Assembly (NCBI GenBank): GCA_013265495.1 | Contig: MU058781.1 | Location: 1,902,963 to 1,966,962 of the forward strand | Source: Vicugna vicugna | Lineage: Eukaryota | Reading direction: 5' to 3' | DNA length: 64,000 nt | Shown: one piece after another, positions 11,057-22,714 of the stretch | Layout of the letters: each line of letters begins with the position of its first letter | How positions within the stretch are numbered: position 1 is the first letter of the stretch | Notes under the pieces: model-generated | What the model was told of the DNA's origin: nothing | Seen by the model: the letters and a program-made list of their open reading frames with translations, nothing else | The model's database searches: none | Translations under genes and position numbers: made by a program

Positions 11057-13477
11057 TCCCTGCACTAGAAGTATTCTCCTAAAGGGCAAAGACTATGCCT
11101 CATTTATTTGTATCCCCTGTAGCACCACATTTAGGATCTTTTGGGACTACATGCTGCACTGAATTCCCAGCTCGACTTTAAGGTACCAGCTATGTTATGA
11201 AACTGCATGTGAGGGGGAGAGAGAGAAATGACAGGAAGGAGCATTTTCTGCAGCTCCTAAGAAGGCAAAAATAATACAGAGACTTACATATTAGGAAAGT
11301 TCCAGGTGGGAATTTGGTGACCCAAATGAGAAGCAGATCTACCCTTTTATTTCAGATTCATTGATTTGGATACACAGATTTAACAATGAAAGGAAGAGCA
11401 AGGTATAGCTTTACTGTTAAGTGCAGGCTAGCAGTGCTCTGTCTACCTATAGATCCGTATAAATATTTATATTACATTTACTTGCCAATTAACGTGTACT
11501 TGTTAATCGCTGCTGAGATTTCATTCCTCTGTCCACCAGTACTTAACTAACTGCCCAACAGAATGCTGGGCACCATGAGAGTTACAAGGATGTATAACAC
11601 TCAGATACTGCCCTCACTTCTGAAATACCTATTACGGTAGCAGCCAAAGGGACTTCAGGAAGATAAACTTGTGCAGGAAAAAAAAAATCCCACCGTAAAG
11701 TTATGTAAGTTTCTATTTTAAAATCATCTGGTTCGAATTTACTAAATTTAATGCTTTAGAGTCAAAGCCAAAGTGCTACATTTGATTTATGGAAATACTT
11801 TAGCACGTTTTTCCATCGCACTCTTGTACAATATATTTACCGCCCTTTTGTTATGGTTAGAAAGATTACGGACCTTTAAAAAAAGCCCTCTTTACGAGCT
11901 TGCTGATATTTTATTATAAAATGCTGTAAGATGGAATAAGAAGCCTAGTAAACAATAATATTCACCAAGGAGCACTCCACATGGTTTAGCCTTTTCTGTG
12001 TGTGCGTGTGTATGTGTAAATTTAACAGAGCGGTCCATCTGGAAAATGGATGTTTAAAAAAACTCCACTTTATGCCAAACCACTTCTTCTCATGGCAGGC
12101 AAGTACTCTGGGGCGAGGGGGAGATATTTAAATAGCAGTCATACTCTGCTACCCTGCTAACGAAATAATAACGTGAATACCAAAGAATAAAGGAATGCCA
12201 AAGACGCAGACTTCCATCACCTCCAGGAGGGAACTTGCAAAATATTCCAGTGAAATGGAGTCTAAGAATCTGGACATCTGCACCGTTTGTGTCAGTGACT
12301 CCGGGCCCAGGAGCCCACCATCTGCCTTGGGTTGAGGGCGGTACCAGGCTGTGCCCTCCCACCCACCCTCCCTGACATGCCCACCCACTGGTGTCGCAGT
12401 TCCATGGAAGAGGCAAAGGTAGCTCTTCCCGGGGCCCAGCAGTGAGCCACCCCCTGTGGCTTTCCAGGCCCTGGGTTCGACCGGCTTACCTGGCTTGGCA
12501 GTCTGGTGACCACCCCATGGCATTTTACAGAAAAATCAAGGCCTCGTGCCAACCTCCTCATTGAAACCTCCCAGACGTGCTGTGGTTTAGCCAACAAAAC
12601 CTACCCTGAATTTTTAAGGTAGTATTTAAAGCCAGTGCGTGTTCCCTTTGTTCCTGCTTTACCCCAGTTTCTGTTGACTTACAAAAAATGAGAGGGTTTT
12701 CATTTCACACCCACATAACGTAAGATGGCAGCCTAGGAACCCCCCACACCTGGCAGCACTGCTCTTCTTTACAGCAAAGAAACCTCGTTTCCTTCAGAGT
12801 TCAGACAGCTCTTATAATGAAAAATTGCAAAGGCCAGGCCAGTCAAATGTTTTCATCCCAACAAGCCACCTTCACATCAGGTTGTAGGACGCAGGATTCA
12901 GGTGCTCAAAGGCACCTGGAAGAGTGATGAGCGACTGCCTGGCCTGGCTCAGGGGCTCCAGGTGACCACGTCCTGCGTCCTCCCATACAAAGCAAGGCCT
13001 GATCATCAATGAACTGTCTCTTCCTCCCTGTCCGGCCCAGATCTGTTCTCCCAACTCCCCTGCCCGGGAGACCCGTCTTCCCATCTCCCTTTGGAAGCGC
13101 TGTAAGAAGAAATGAAATAAACAAGACAAGAAGAAGAAAGTAAAACACCACGATCTCTTACTCCTTCTGAATTCTTCTTTGGAAAGTCTCTTATTTCACC
13201 TCTCCAAGTTTATCCATTCTTCCCTCATCCCCAGCTTAAGTCTCGGCTTCTCCTGGAGATATGCACCAGCCCCTACTGCTGAGTCCTTTTCCTGAATTCA
13301 CGCTCTGCTCACCGACCGATCCACCCAGCCGCACGCTGGGGTCCTGGTGCCCTTGTCCGTCACTTGCCAGTCCCTACCTGTGCCTCGTGTGGGGCAAGTG
13401 CCTCACATTTGCAGGTTCGCGTAATGGTTGATCTTGGAAGTAGGCGATCCTCTATCTGACCCAGGCAATAGCAGTTT

Positions 13478-13710
13478 GTTTTCGCTGAGATACAGTTCAC
13501 ATATATGCAATTCACCATTTTTAAGTGTACTATTCAGTGGTTTTTAGGATATTCACAGAGTTGTACCACCATCATCACTATCTCACTCCAGAGCACTTCC
13601 ACCATCCCAAAAAGAAACCCCACGCCCATTAGCAGGCCCTCCCCATTCCTCCCCTCACCCTTACCCCCAAATCCTCGGCAACTGTAACCACCATTCTCAT
13701 TTCTGTCTAG
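13478..13710 (-). mobile_element. L1MB-type LINE 3' end fragment
   Basis: gagatacagttcacata...ttcaccatttttaagtgtactattcagtgg...cagagttgtaccaccatc...aaaagaaacccc. Confidence 0.8.
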
Positions 13711-14049
13711 CAATAACAATTTATAACTGACTTCATGCCGTTATATCTCGTGCAATTCCAAAGGCTGACACAAACATGAGACTGACTATGGAATTTTTTG
13801 TATGCATTCAGAAGGATGGCGTCGGTTGTATGAACACATGGATACATTTAGTACTCATGAGGGAGTGTGGCGTGATAACCACCAAAAAAACCTGGTAATT
13901 AAATGTAGAGAGGAAAAAGCAAAAGTTGGGAAATGTTGCAGAGAGTTGGGGAGTGAAGTCTTTAGACAGAGAGGAGAAATAGTTTTCCCGAGAGACAAGG
14001 AGCTTATTCTCTTTGTATTTGCCACCCAGAGATCTTATCACCGCCAGAT

Positions 14050-14212
14050 ACAGCTAAGCGCATTGTCTAATCTCTGTAACAACCAGGCAGGGGTTAGTGT
14101 TCCTACTCTAGATGAGGGACCTGATGCTCGGAGAGGCGAATGTCTTGCCCAGAGTCACATAGCAAGGGTTTAACCCAGGCTTGTCTGGCTCCAAATCTCA
14201 AGCTCTTAATAA
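14050..14212 (-). mobile_element. MIR SINE
   Basis: agatgagggacctgatgctcggagagg...ttgcccagagtcacatagc...aacccagg...tggctccaaa. Confidence 0.7.
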
Positions 14213-14780
14213 CCCGTTATTCCCTTTCAATGCTGAGGTTCTACAGGTCCTTGAGCTGATGCCAGAAAAGATGCTGATGACCCCAAAGAAGAAATTGCTA
14301 TTCTCTGGAAAACAGCCAGAAGACAGAGGCAGGCATTACAAACACGCTCCCGGTCTGGACAGGAGAGTGCCTTGGCTGCTCTGTGAGGCCACTCACGTTC
14401 CCGGGGTCTGTGGCCTCCGCTCGTCACCCCGGAAACCACCAGAGCCTCTGGTTTATCCCATCCTCCAGGCCAGTCTGGTCTAGAAGCAGAGTTGTCAAGG
14501 TCAACTCTCTGGGTGGCTGTAAACCTCCGGAAGGCCAGAGCTACTCTGACCTTCTTCAGTTCCGAGGCCCCGCCTCGCCCCCCGGGGAGCCCTGCCAGCT
14601 GCACACGGCTCTTCCCGGCAGGCTGATCTCTGAGGACGCGGCCAGGTCTCTGCAGCACCTTCTGCTGACACCTGCTCTTTCCTGCCCGCGGAGCGTGCGG
14701 CCCTCCCTCCTTCTCTGTCTCCAGGCCAGGTCATCCACTCGAATGCTTCCAAAGTCACTTACTCACATGCCAATGACCTC

Positions 14781-15260
14781 TTGATGGTTAACTTTGTAAC
14801 AAGTCAATGTGGCTGGGCCACCACGCCTAGATATCTGCTCAGACTGTATTCTGGGTGGTTCTGTGAGGGTGCTCTGGATGAGATTTACATCTCAACTGGT
14901 GGACTTTGAGTAAAGGAGATCGTCCCTGTTTGTGAGTGGGCCTCATCCAATCGGTTGGAGGCCTGAATAGAACAGAAAGCTGACCTGTTCTGAGCAAGAG
15001 GGGATTCTGACGATGGCCTCTGTAACATACCTGCGACGCTTGCTTTCCCTGGTTCATCAGCAGATTGCTTTTGAACTTGAACTGCAACTCTTTCCTAAGT
15101 CTCCAGGCTGCTGGCCTCCCCCATCAGATTTTGGCCATGCCAGCCTTCCATTAACACAGAAGCCAATTCTTTAGAAACAAATCTTCCAGGGCTCAAATCC
15201 ATACTGTAGAGGAAAATAGCCTTCCTCGCGGAGAACTCACGTCCAGAAGAGAACTAATAC
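14781..15260 (+). mobile_element. MLT2 (ERVL) solo LTR whose 3' part is interrupted by a foreign 58-bp segment
   Basis: tgatggttaacttt...tggactttgagtaaagg...gggcctcatccaatc...agccaattc; terminal remnant gaactaatac at 15251-15260. Confidence 0.8.
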
Positions 15261-16871
15261 TCCAGGATGACTGTCAGTGTCAAGTACCTACAGTGTAAAC
15301 AGTGTAACTGTGTAGAGCAGGTGCTGGATAACAGACTGCTGAGTGTACACACATCAGGCGTGGGCTGCCGGTCAGGATAGCCCTCTGCTCACGGCAGATA
15401 GTCATACCGGGGCAGCAGGTTATATACCGAGTTTTCCCACCTCCCACCCAGAGGTTACGCTGTCTGCTGGCGTGAGCTTTCTCCAGCCTCTGCCGCTGGT
15501 CTGGTGCACGAGGTACTAAGTGTAGAGGTCCTGGTGAAGGGTCTCTGAGAGGCTCCTGCCAGGACCAGGTCTTTCCCAGCTCTCTCCAACCCGCAGAGGT
15601 GTCTGGGCTACGAGCCCTCGCTCTTCCTATCACCCAGCGTGAAGAGATGTGCAAATGGATGGCTTTGGCCAAGGCAGAACCAAGCACCCGCCCAGCATGT
15701 GTTTCAGAGAGCAGGAGGGAGGGAAAAGCTGGGACAGGAGAGAAAAGAGCCCCTGTTGGTCTTTCCCCCAACTGGCCATTGTCCTTAGAGGTCAATGACA
15801 GTGCAAAGTCATAAAATTTTGTGAAATGCTGGCTCTGGATGAGTTAGAGCCCATGACAAGCATGGTGGACAGAGCCTAAATTTAATTTGACACACCATGA
15901 AAATGAGACCATTGTGTGCTAGCCTTGCTGGAATCCCTACACGTCACCCTCCACTAGTTTCCTCCTCGGGGTGGCTCCCAACATCTCTCCTCTCCTCAGC
16001 GTCATAAATGCGAAGGGAGAACATCCCTCAGTGTCCTTAACCCGCAGGAGGAGAGAGGCTGCTAAGTGCGCAGAGTCACGCTCTGCTTCCTCTTCCCGAG
16101 GAGGTTTTGGCTGACAGTCCTGGGACACAGAGGGCTCCCGCGACCCTCCCCACGTGCTGACCTGCACCCGGTAGAGGGATCTTGCTCCCCAGATCCCAGA
16201 GAGACCTGTTAGCTGAGTCCAGCGACGGGTTTTTGAACTTGACTGTGATTATTCCCTTGGGATAAAGGTGCTGAGGATGCCTTGTGACCTCAGCTCTGAG
16301 ATTCCATAAGTGGGCCCAGCAACCCCCTCCCATTCCTCTGAGCGCTGAAGCGCCTTTAAAATTCACCGTCCCGCCGGTTTCAAAGTTCTCATTTGCAAAT
16401 CAATTTAACAAGGCCCCAGGCAGAACCCCGTGGTTAACAACATTAAAATGGTTCTTGTGACTGCAGTGGGGAATAAAACCACACACCTGCAAATTCCTCG
16501 CTACCTTTAGCTGTAATCTTTAACTGCAGGTCAGTGAACCGCGTTTTAATTTCACTAGGTACTGTGCCTGCATTTTCCACCTGTGGAGATGTGTCCAGAA
16601 TTATGCTGCTATGGGAGACCTAAGGAGATGACGGAGTATGGGAAACCTGGCTGTTTAATTTGGGTTTTAAGGGAATATAACCTACAATGGAAAGAATAAA
16701 TGCAGTCCTAGAAAAAAATAAAGCCCCATAAATACTAGTTGGCTATTATTTTACTCTTGATCTTAAGTCTCTCAACAGGGAAACGTTAATCCAAACTTAA
16801 CTACATTGGTCGGCCCCATTCTAACATTTCAGGGACGATAAAGGTTTTAGGGAATAATAAAGATATTTTGT

Positions 16872-17001
16872 AGCTCACAGTGAAAAAAAAATGTGACAAT
16901 GAATATATGTATGTTCATGTATAACTGAAAAATTGTGCTCTACACTGGAATTAGACACCACATTGTAAAATGACTATAACTCAATAAAAAAAAGGAAAAA
17001 A
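16872..17001 (+). mobile_element. Short 5'-truncated lineage-specific L1 3' end with TSD
   Basis: tgtataactgaaaaattgtgctctacactgg...gactataactcaataaaa; TSD aaagatattttgt at 16859-16871 and 17002-17014. Confidence 0.85.
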
Positions 17002-17049
17002 AAAGATATTTTGTTGTGGTGGTGGTTGTTTTGTTTAAATCACCTTTCT

Positions 17050-17337
17050 GGTAGAGACTCATAGACATAGAAAACAAACTAATGGTTACTGGGGGGGGTG
17101 GGGGGAGGTAGGGATAAATTGGGAGTTTGGGATTGGCTCATACAAACTACTATATACATAATAAACAACAAGGTCCTCCTGTATAGCACAGAGAACTATA
17201 TTCAACGGCTTGTAGTAACCTGTAATGAAAAAGAATATATATATGTGTGTGTATGTGTGTATAACTGACTCACTCGCTATGCTGTACACCAGAAACTAAC
17301 ACAACACAACATTGTAAATCAAAAGAAAAAAGAAAAA
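17050..17337 (+). mobile_element. 5'-truncated cetartiodactyl L1 3' UTR with TSD
   Basis: agactcatagacatagaaaacaaac...gggataaattgggag...ctgtatagcacag; TSD aaatcacctttct at 17037-17049 and 17338-17350. Confidence 0.85.
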
Positions 17338-20094
17338 AAATCACCTTTCTAGGTCTCTTGCCTTCTATTAATGGGACACCTCTGATAGGGACATCTCAGG
17401 GGGACTGGTATGAAACAGAGAGGGATATTGGAGTCCAGGGTAGTTAAGTAAGAGGCTCAAATCCACACAGTAGAGGACAATAGCCTTCCTCACGAAGAAC
17501 TCATGTCCAGATGCACCATACATTCCCGATTCCCTCTCCCCTCCCAGGTGGGCAGGACCCACGTTAGGAGCTCACTTCTGGAGGAAAAGGCTGAGGCCTG
17601 CTCATTTTCGGTGGAAGTGACTGGCCCTGGCAGCCAAGCCAGCGCAGCCCGACTCCAGGTCTCCTCACTGGAATCCAGCTCCAGCCACTGGCCAGGTTTG
17701 CCTCCAGCGACCTGTGAGAGTCTGAGACAGGCACTCAAGAGCTCTGGGGCCCGAGGAAACGGGCCAGGAGGGGGAAGGAAGCAAAGCCGGGAACAGGCAC
17801 GTTTACCGAGGAATGTGGTTCTTTTCTGGGGGTCTCTACAAAGAAATACCTCTTGGACTCCAGCTGCTTTAGAGTCTTTGCCTAATTTCTCTGTGGGTCA
17901 GTCCCAGGGTGCGTTCATTGTGGGCCCTGCGCTGCTTCACACCTCAGCCCGAGCCGGCGTGTGTGCATGCGTGTGTGTTGGGTGGTGAAGGGCAGAATTC
18001 CCCCCTTACCCCCTGCTTTGCCTTCACATAAGCATGTCTCCTCCGACCCCTGTGCTTCCGCCCTGCCCGTGGTCTGAGGCTATGTTATCTGACGCCTGTC
18101 AATCACAGACTGTATCTTGCTCCCCCGCCGTGAACCATCATGTGCACACAAGCAACCCAGTCTTCAGTCCCAGGTGCTGTAACTCTACCCGTGCTGGCTC
18201 TTCATTTCAAGCCTCTCCTTGGGCTCGGCCGTGGCAGCGAAGGCCTCTCCAGAAACAACTGGGATTCTCATTTTCTACCAGCCTGAGCATGACATGAACT
18301 TTCCGGCCCACTGGCAGCTGAGAACACAGATGAAGGCAAAAATCAATAACGGGCTTGGGACGCTCTAAGGAGGTGCCAGTCATGCGAAGGAACAGGAGGT
18401 TCCCGTTGAAATAGCCCAGCTAGCTCTCATGTCCCTGCTTACCTCTGCTTGGAATGCCTCACCGAACCTTGTGCTAATATAACTCTGTGGGTCTGTGCGG
18501 GCCCTTCCTTTGCTTTAAAGAGAGCAAAGCACACAGCCAATCACAGATACACACTGAAACATGATTCACTGCTGATTGGCGTCAAAGACCCTGGAAATTA
18601 CAGCTGACCTCTTCCCAGGCCTCCTGGCAGCACCCGCTTCCTTAGTCCAAGAAACACTACAGAGATCAGAGAGGAGCTGCTAGGAAATCGACATCTTTGT
18701 TCCACGTCACTTACACTATTTGATTTTCACACAGAGGCTCCTGCACGCGCAATGCACTGCTGCCTTAACCCGCAAAGTCAGAAGTGGTGAATACTGGAGA
18801 GAAGCTCATGCCTCATCAGACGTAGTTCAGTTTTCCCAGAAAAAGCCCTGTCTCTCAAATACACGGTTTATTTTTGTGTATAAATTGGTTTCACATCCTA
18901 GGGTCAGTATATCCTTACCAAAAATAAAAATAAAAAAGAAATAAAAATTAGACAGAGAGAGATGATAGGAATGCACCCACCCCCTCCCTCCATTTCAACA
19001 CAGAAATCGTTCTTTTGGAAAAATGGGCTTGAGCTAGATGTTTCTGACGCTTACTGATGGTCGCCTAGGAACAAAACATTATCTTCTGGGGAAATAGCAG
19101 GGACATAGGAATGTTTAAGTTTGTCTTAATAATCTGAGATTCTTGCGAACAGCCGAGTCCCAAGGAAGCCAGGACATACTCTTTCAAGAACCTCTAGACA
19201 AGGATCGGGTTATGGTCAAAAGAAAATGCAGAGACTGTAGGCCTAACAGGTTCTCAAGGCAACATTCTATATTGGTTTTACCATGTTCATGCATGCTCAT
19301 GGTCCCTTGACTCACAAAAACTCGTCAGATCAAACTCAGTTTTAATTCTTGTTAATAATAATATTAATAAAAAAAAAGTCTCACCTTGCAAGATTATAAG
19401 GGAGGAAAAGATATAATGAAATCAAACACAGCCTCCCCAGTTGTAGGAATCTGGCCTCCTCCATCGAGGTTACAGGGAGTCAGTGCTGTAGTTGTTATTT
19501 CTGAAGGGAAAATCTGATCAGTCTGTCTCATTCCTCACTTTTATTTCCTCCTCCTTGAAAAGGCAGAAGTCTCCAGGAAAACTGCTGGAGAATATGTGCT
19601 TTTTCTTTTCTCTGCCCAACCCCACGCCCTGGGACAAACTGAGATTTGACGGTGAGTTAAATTCTGAACTTTCAAGTTAACTTATGTAATATATTCAAAA
19701 TTGGTTTCTGCCTTTCTACTTTTTTTAATGTAAAATTTTATGTATGGGAACTAAGGTCTTGTTTTGGAATCTAACTCTAAATATGTGGAAATGTTATGAA
19801 AACTACCAACAAAAGTCCATTCCTTCTTCCTGAACATAATAGGCTTTAAGTGCACATGTGAATATAACGTCATCTTGGGATCGTATACAAACAATAACGC
19901 AGATCCAGCGCCGCCCTTGAAGATAGCGATGATTCAGGCAGTGATATGACAACCATATAGACAGACCAGTAAACACTGCTGAAGAATTACATTCATGGGA
20001 TCATTTTGTACTGGCATTCTGTGTGTGTGTGTATGTGTGTGTGTGTGTTGTTATTTGTTTATGTCACAGCATCTTGAGCCATATATTAAAAGCA

Positions 20095-20277
20095 TGTGGT
20101 TAAGTTTGTTAGATAAAACACAGGGTAAGTTACATTTCAATTTCAGGTAAACAATGACTATTATTTTTAGTAAGTATGAGAGATTTGGGACATATTTACA
20201 CAAGAAAATGCTTATTTATCTGAAATTCAAATTTAACCAGGAGTCTTGTATTTTATTTGCTCAATCTGACAACCTGA
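20095..20277. mobile_element. MER53 palindromic hAT MITE
   Basis: atttcaggtaaacaa...ttgggacat...tttatctgaaattcaaatttaac...tctgacaacct. Confidence 0.75.
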
Positions 20278-20921
20278 CATACGGAGAAACAGTGTTACTG
20301 CCCTGACCGCCATCTGGAACAAGAGAAGTCCCAGCGGTGACAATAACTTACCGTTAATTACAAGATGCTCACAATATACCTAATTTCTCTCCCCCTGTGA
20401 ACAAAGCACCTCTTCCCATCTGCATTCTCTACCCTCTCTGAGAAGCTCAGGTGGGTGGAATGTCACTGGTATTAGTGATATCTTGGCCGTTTGAGGTTAT
20501 GCCTCTCACCGGAGCTTTCACGAGTGACATTTTGGTTTAACCAGTATTTATTAAGCACATACAACTTTGCAGAAGAACAGTATGCTAGGCTGAGTCTCTT
20601 TTCTTGAGGAGTATAGAATTCAAAGGGGAAGACTAACATGTCTACGATGGATGCTAATTAAAGCATACATTTAATAGTTAAATTGAAAGATACAAATAAA
20701 GAGCAGCAGGATCACAGAGAGGGACGCATACGTTCAGGGAGCAGTGGGAGGCCAGAGAAGAGTTTACAGAGGAAAGAGTGGGTGTGCTGGGCTTGTCAGG
20801 GAAGGCGAATTCTCGGTGAGGAGACACAAGCCAACAGCCTCCCAGGCTCAGAGGATGGAACCGCCAAAGAGGCAGAAAGAAGACTGTGTGGTCAGAGAGA
20901 GTATTCTCACCCAGCGGGGAA

Positions 20922-21475
20922 TGGTTCATTCACCTGTTTGTTCAGTAGATACTTACTAAACACCTGTGCACACGTCAGTGTAACACTGCAGTTGTCCAAA
21001 GAGCTTTGAGGAAGAGGCACATGGTGTCGTGACCTAGTGAGGGAGGCTGGACAAGGCCTTTGTGAGGGAGGCAATGAATGAGAGGAGCTCTGAAGGGAGG
21101 ATAGAATTAACCAGGTGACAAGAGTGAGGGCCTGGGAGGAAGAGGCTATAAGGCAGATGAAATAGTATGTGCAAAGGCCCTGTGGCAGAAGCAAGCAGGA
21201 AGCCCATGTGTTTGGAGCACAGAGAACGTGGTGGGATATCATGCTAGAGAGGCAGGATGCAGCTGGGTCCACACAAGGCCTTGTGGGAGCTGTTAAGGGA
21301 TTCTGTGTTAATCTCCAGAGCACTACAGTGACATTCTAAGTAGGAGCACAAGACTATTAGCTTTGAACTGGCAGGACTCACTCTGACCGCACTGCTGAGA
21401 AGAGACTGGAGGGGAACCAGATGGCTGTGAGGAGACCAGTTAGGAGGGGACTTCAGTAATTTGGGCAGGAGTTGA
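20922..21475 (-). mobile_element. L2 LINE fragment
   Basis: ttcattcacctgtttgttc...tgtgcaaaggccctgtggcaga...ggagaccagttaggagg. Confidence 0.7.
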
Positions 21476-22499
21476 AGGAAACCTATATTCTCCGCCTCTC
21501 CTGATGATTTTTTTTTTTTTTTTTTTTGGCTACGTTTCCAGAGGGTCTGGGAAGAGCACCACCAGACCTCCAACCAGCACAGCACAAAGCATTTGGGTCT
21601 TGCTGGCCCAGCAAAGTGAGAAGGATTTCCTATCTCACCGTGTGGTTATTGCTAGAGGGTGGCAGGGCACGCGGTCTCGTGACTGGGAGGAAGTGCAGGC
21701 AGAGTGCAAGGGGCTTCAGGCCTCCGAGGGGCGGTGGATGCAGGCAGACTCACAAGTCCACTGGCCTCGGCTGTTCGGAACCACCTTTCCCAGGCCAAGC
21801 ACCTGACAAGGCAGAGCCTCAGCTGCTCAGGCGGCGGTCCCCCTGTGGAGCCCTTCAGGGAGTTACCGCTTCTCTTCTCCCATGGGTTCCTCTCCTGCCA
21901 GGCGTGCCTGCAGCAGGAGGGCAGGATGGTTCCAAAACTCTTGGCAAATTCTTGAAACCTCTCCAGCCCACTCAAAAGCCACAGGGGCCCCTCTCCTCTT
22001 GTTGGCTGCACTCACCAAACAACTGCCAAGAAGTGTAGGTGGCAGCTCTTTCATAGTCTCCTTTGATATTTCATTCTTATGTAATGTATCTACTTGTTCT
22101 AAACTCTGTGGAGTCAAAAGAGCCCTTGCAGGAGCCTTTTAAGATCAATGAGTATGAACTGATTCTGGGGGCATCACACATAGTGTGAACGCAGAGCAGC
22201 GCCCACGTGGATGGCGAATTTGCTGACTGGTCCACTTTCATGCACTTTCCAACTTCCCTGCAGGCTAAACCTCCCTTTGAGCAGCTGAGGTCAACCTCTG
22301 AGTGTGCTGGACACATGCTCACGAATGCCAGGAAACAAGGCACAATCTCTAAGTATAATGGGTCACGTTGGCTCTGTGGTCCTGAGAAAAATGCAAAGTA
22401 TGGCCATTGGAGTCTTGGTTCCAGACCAATCCTCTTTTAAGGGGCCATCAACCACATGGATCTTATTAGAGGGTAATGGGCCCTTCAAATGGGGCAGCC

Positions 22500-22714
22500 C
22501 AGAGGTTTCTACCATTGCCACTGTTGGCGTTCTGGCCAGGATAACTCCTCCTTGCAGGGCTGTCCTGTGTATCACAGGATGCTTGCAGCATCCCTGTCCC
22601 TACACACTGGATGCCAGTAGCAGCCCCCTCCTCCTTTCTGACAGCCAAAACTGTCTCTAGACATTGACAAATATCCCCTAAGAGGGCAGAACGGCCCCTG
22701 CTTGAGAAGCCCTG
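22500..22714 (-). mobile_element. MER20 DNA transposon
   Basis: gggctgtcctgtg...cagcatccctg...gatgccagtagca...tctctagacattgacaaatatcccct...ttgagaa. Confidence 0.8.

Noticed and set aside
19925..19985. C/D-box snoRNA-like motifs (cgatga...ctga)
   Set aside because: Imperfect C box, no terminal stem, no recognisable guide, and antisense to the host gene.
20095..20277. miR-1302-like hairpin from MER53 (ttgggacat at 20185)
   Set aside because: The complementary arm is mutated (gtatgagaga instead of gtatgtccca-like sequence), so the stem at the mature sequence is broken.
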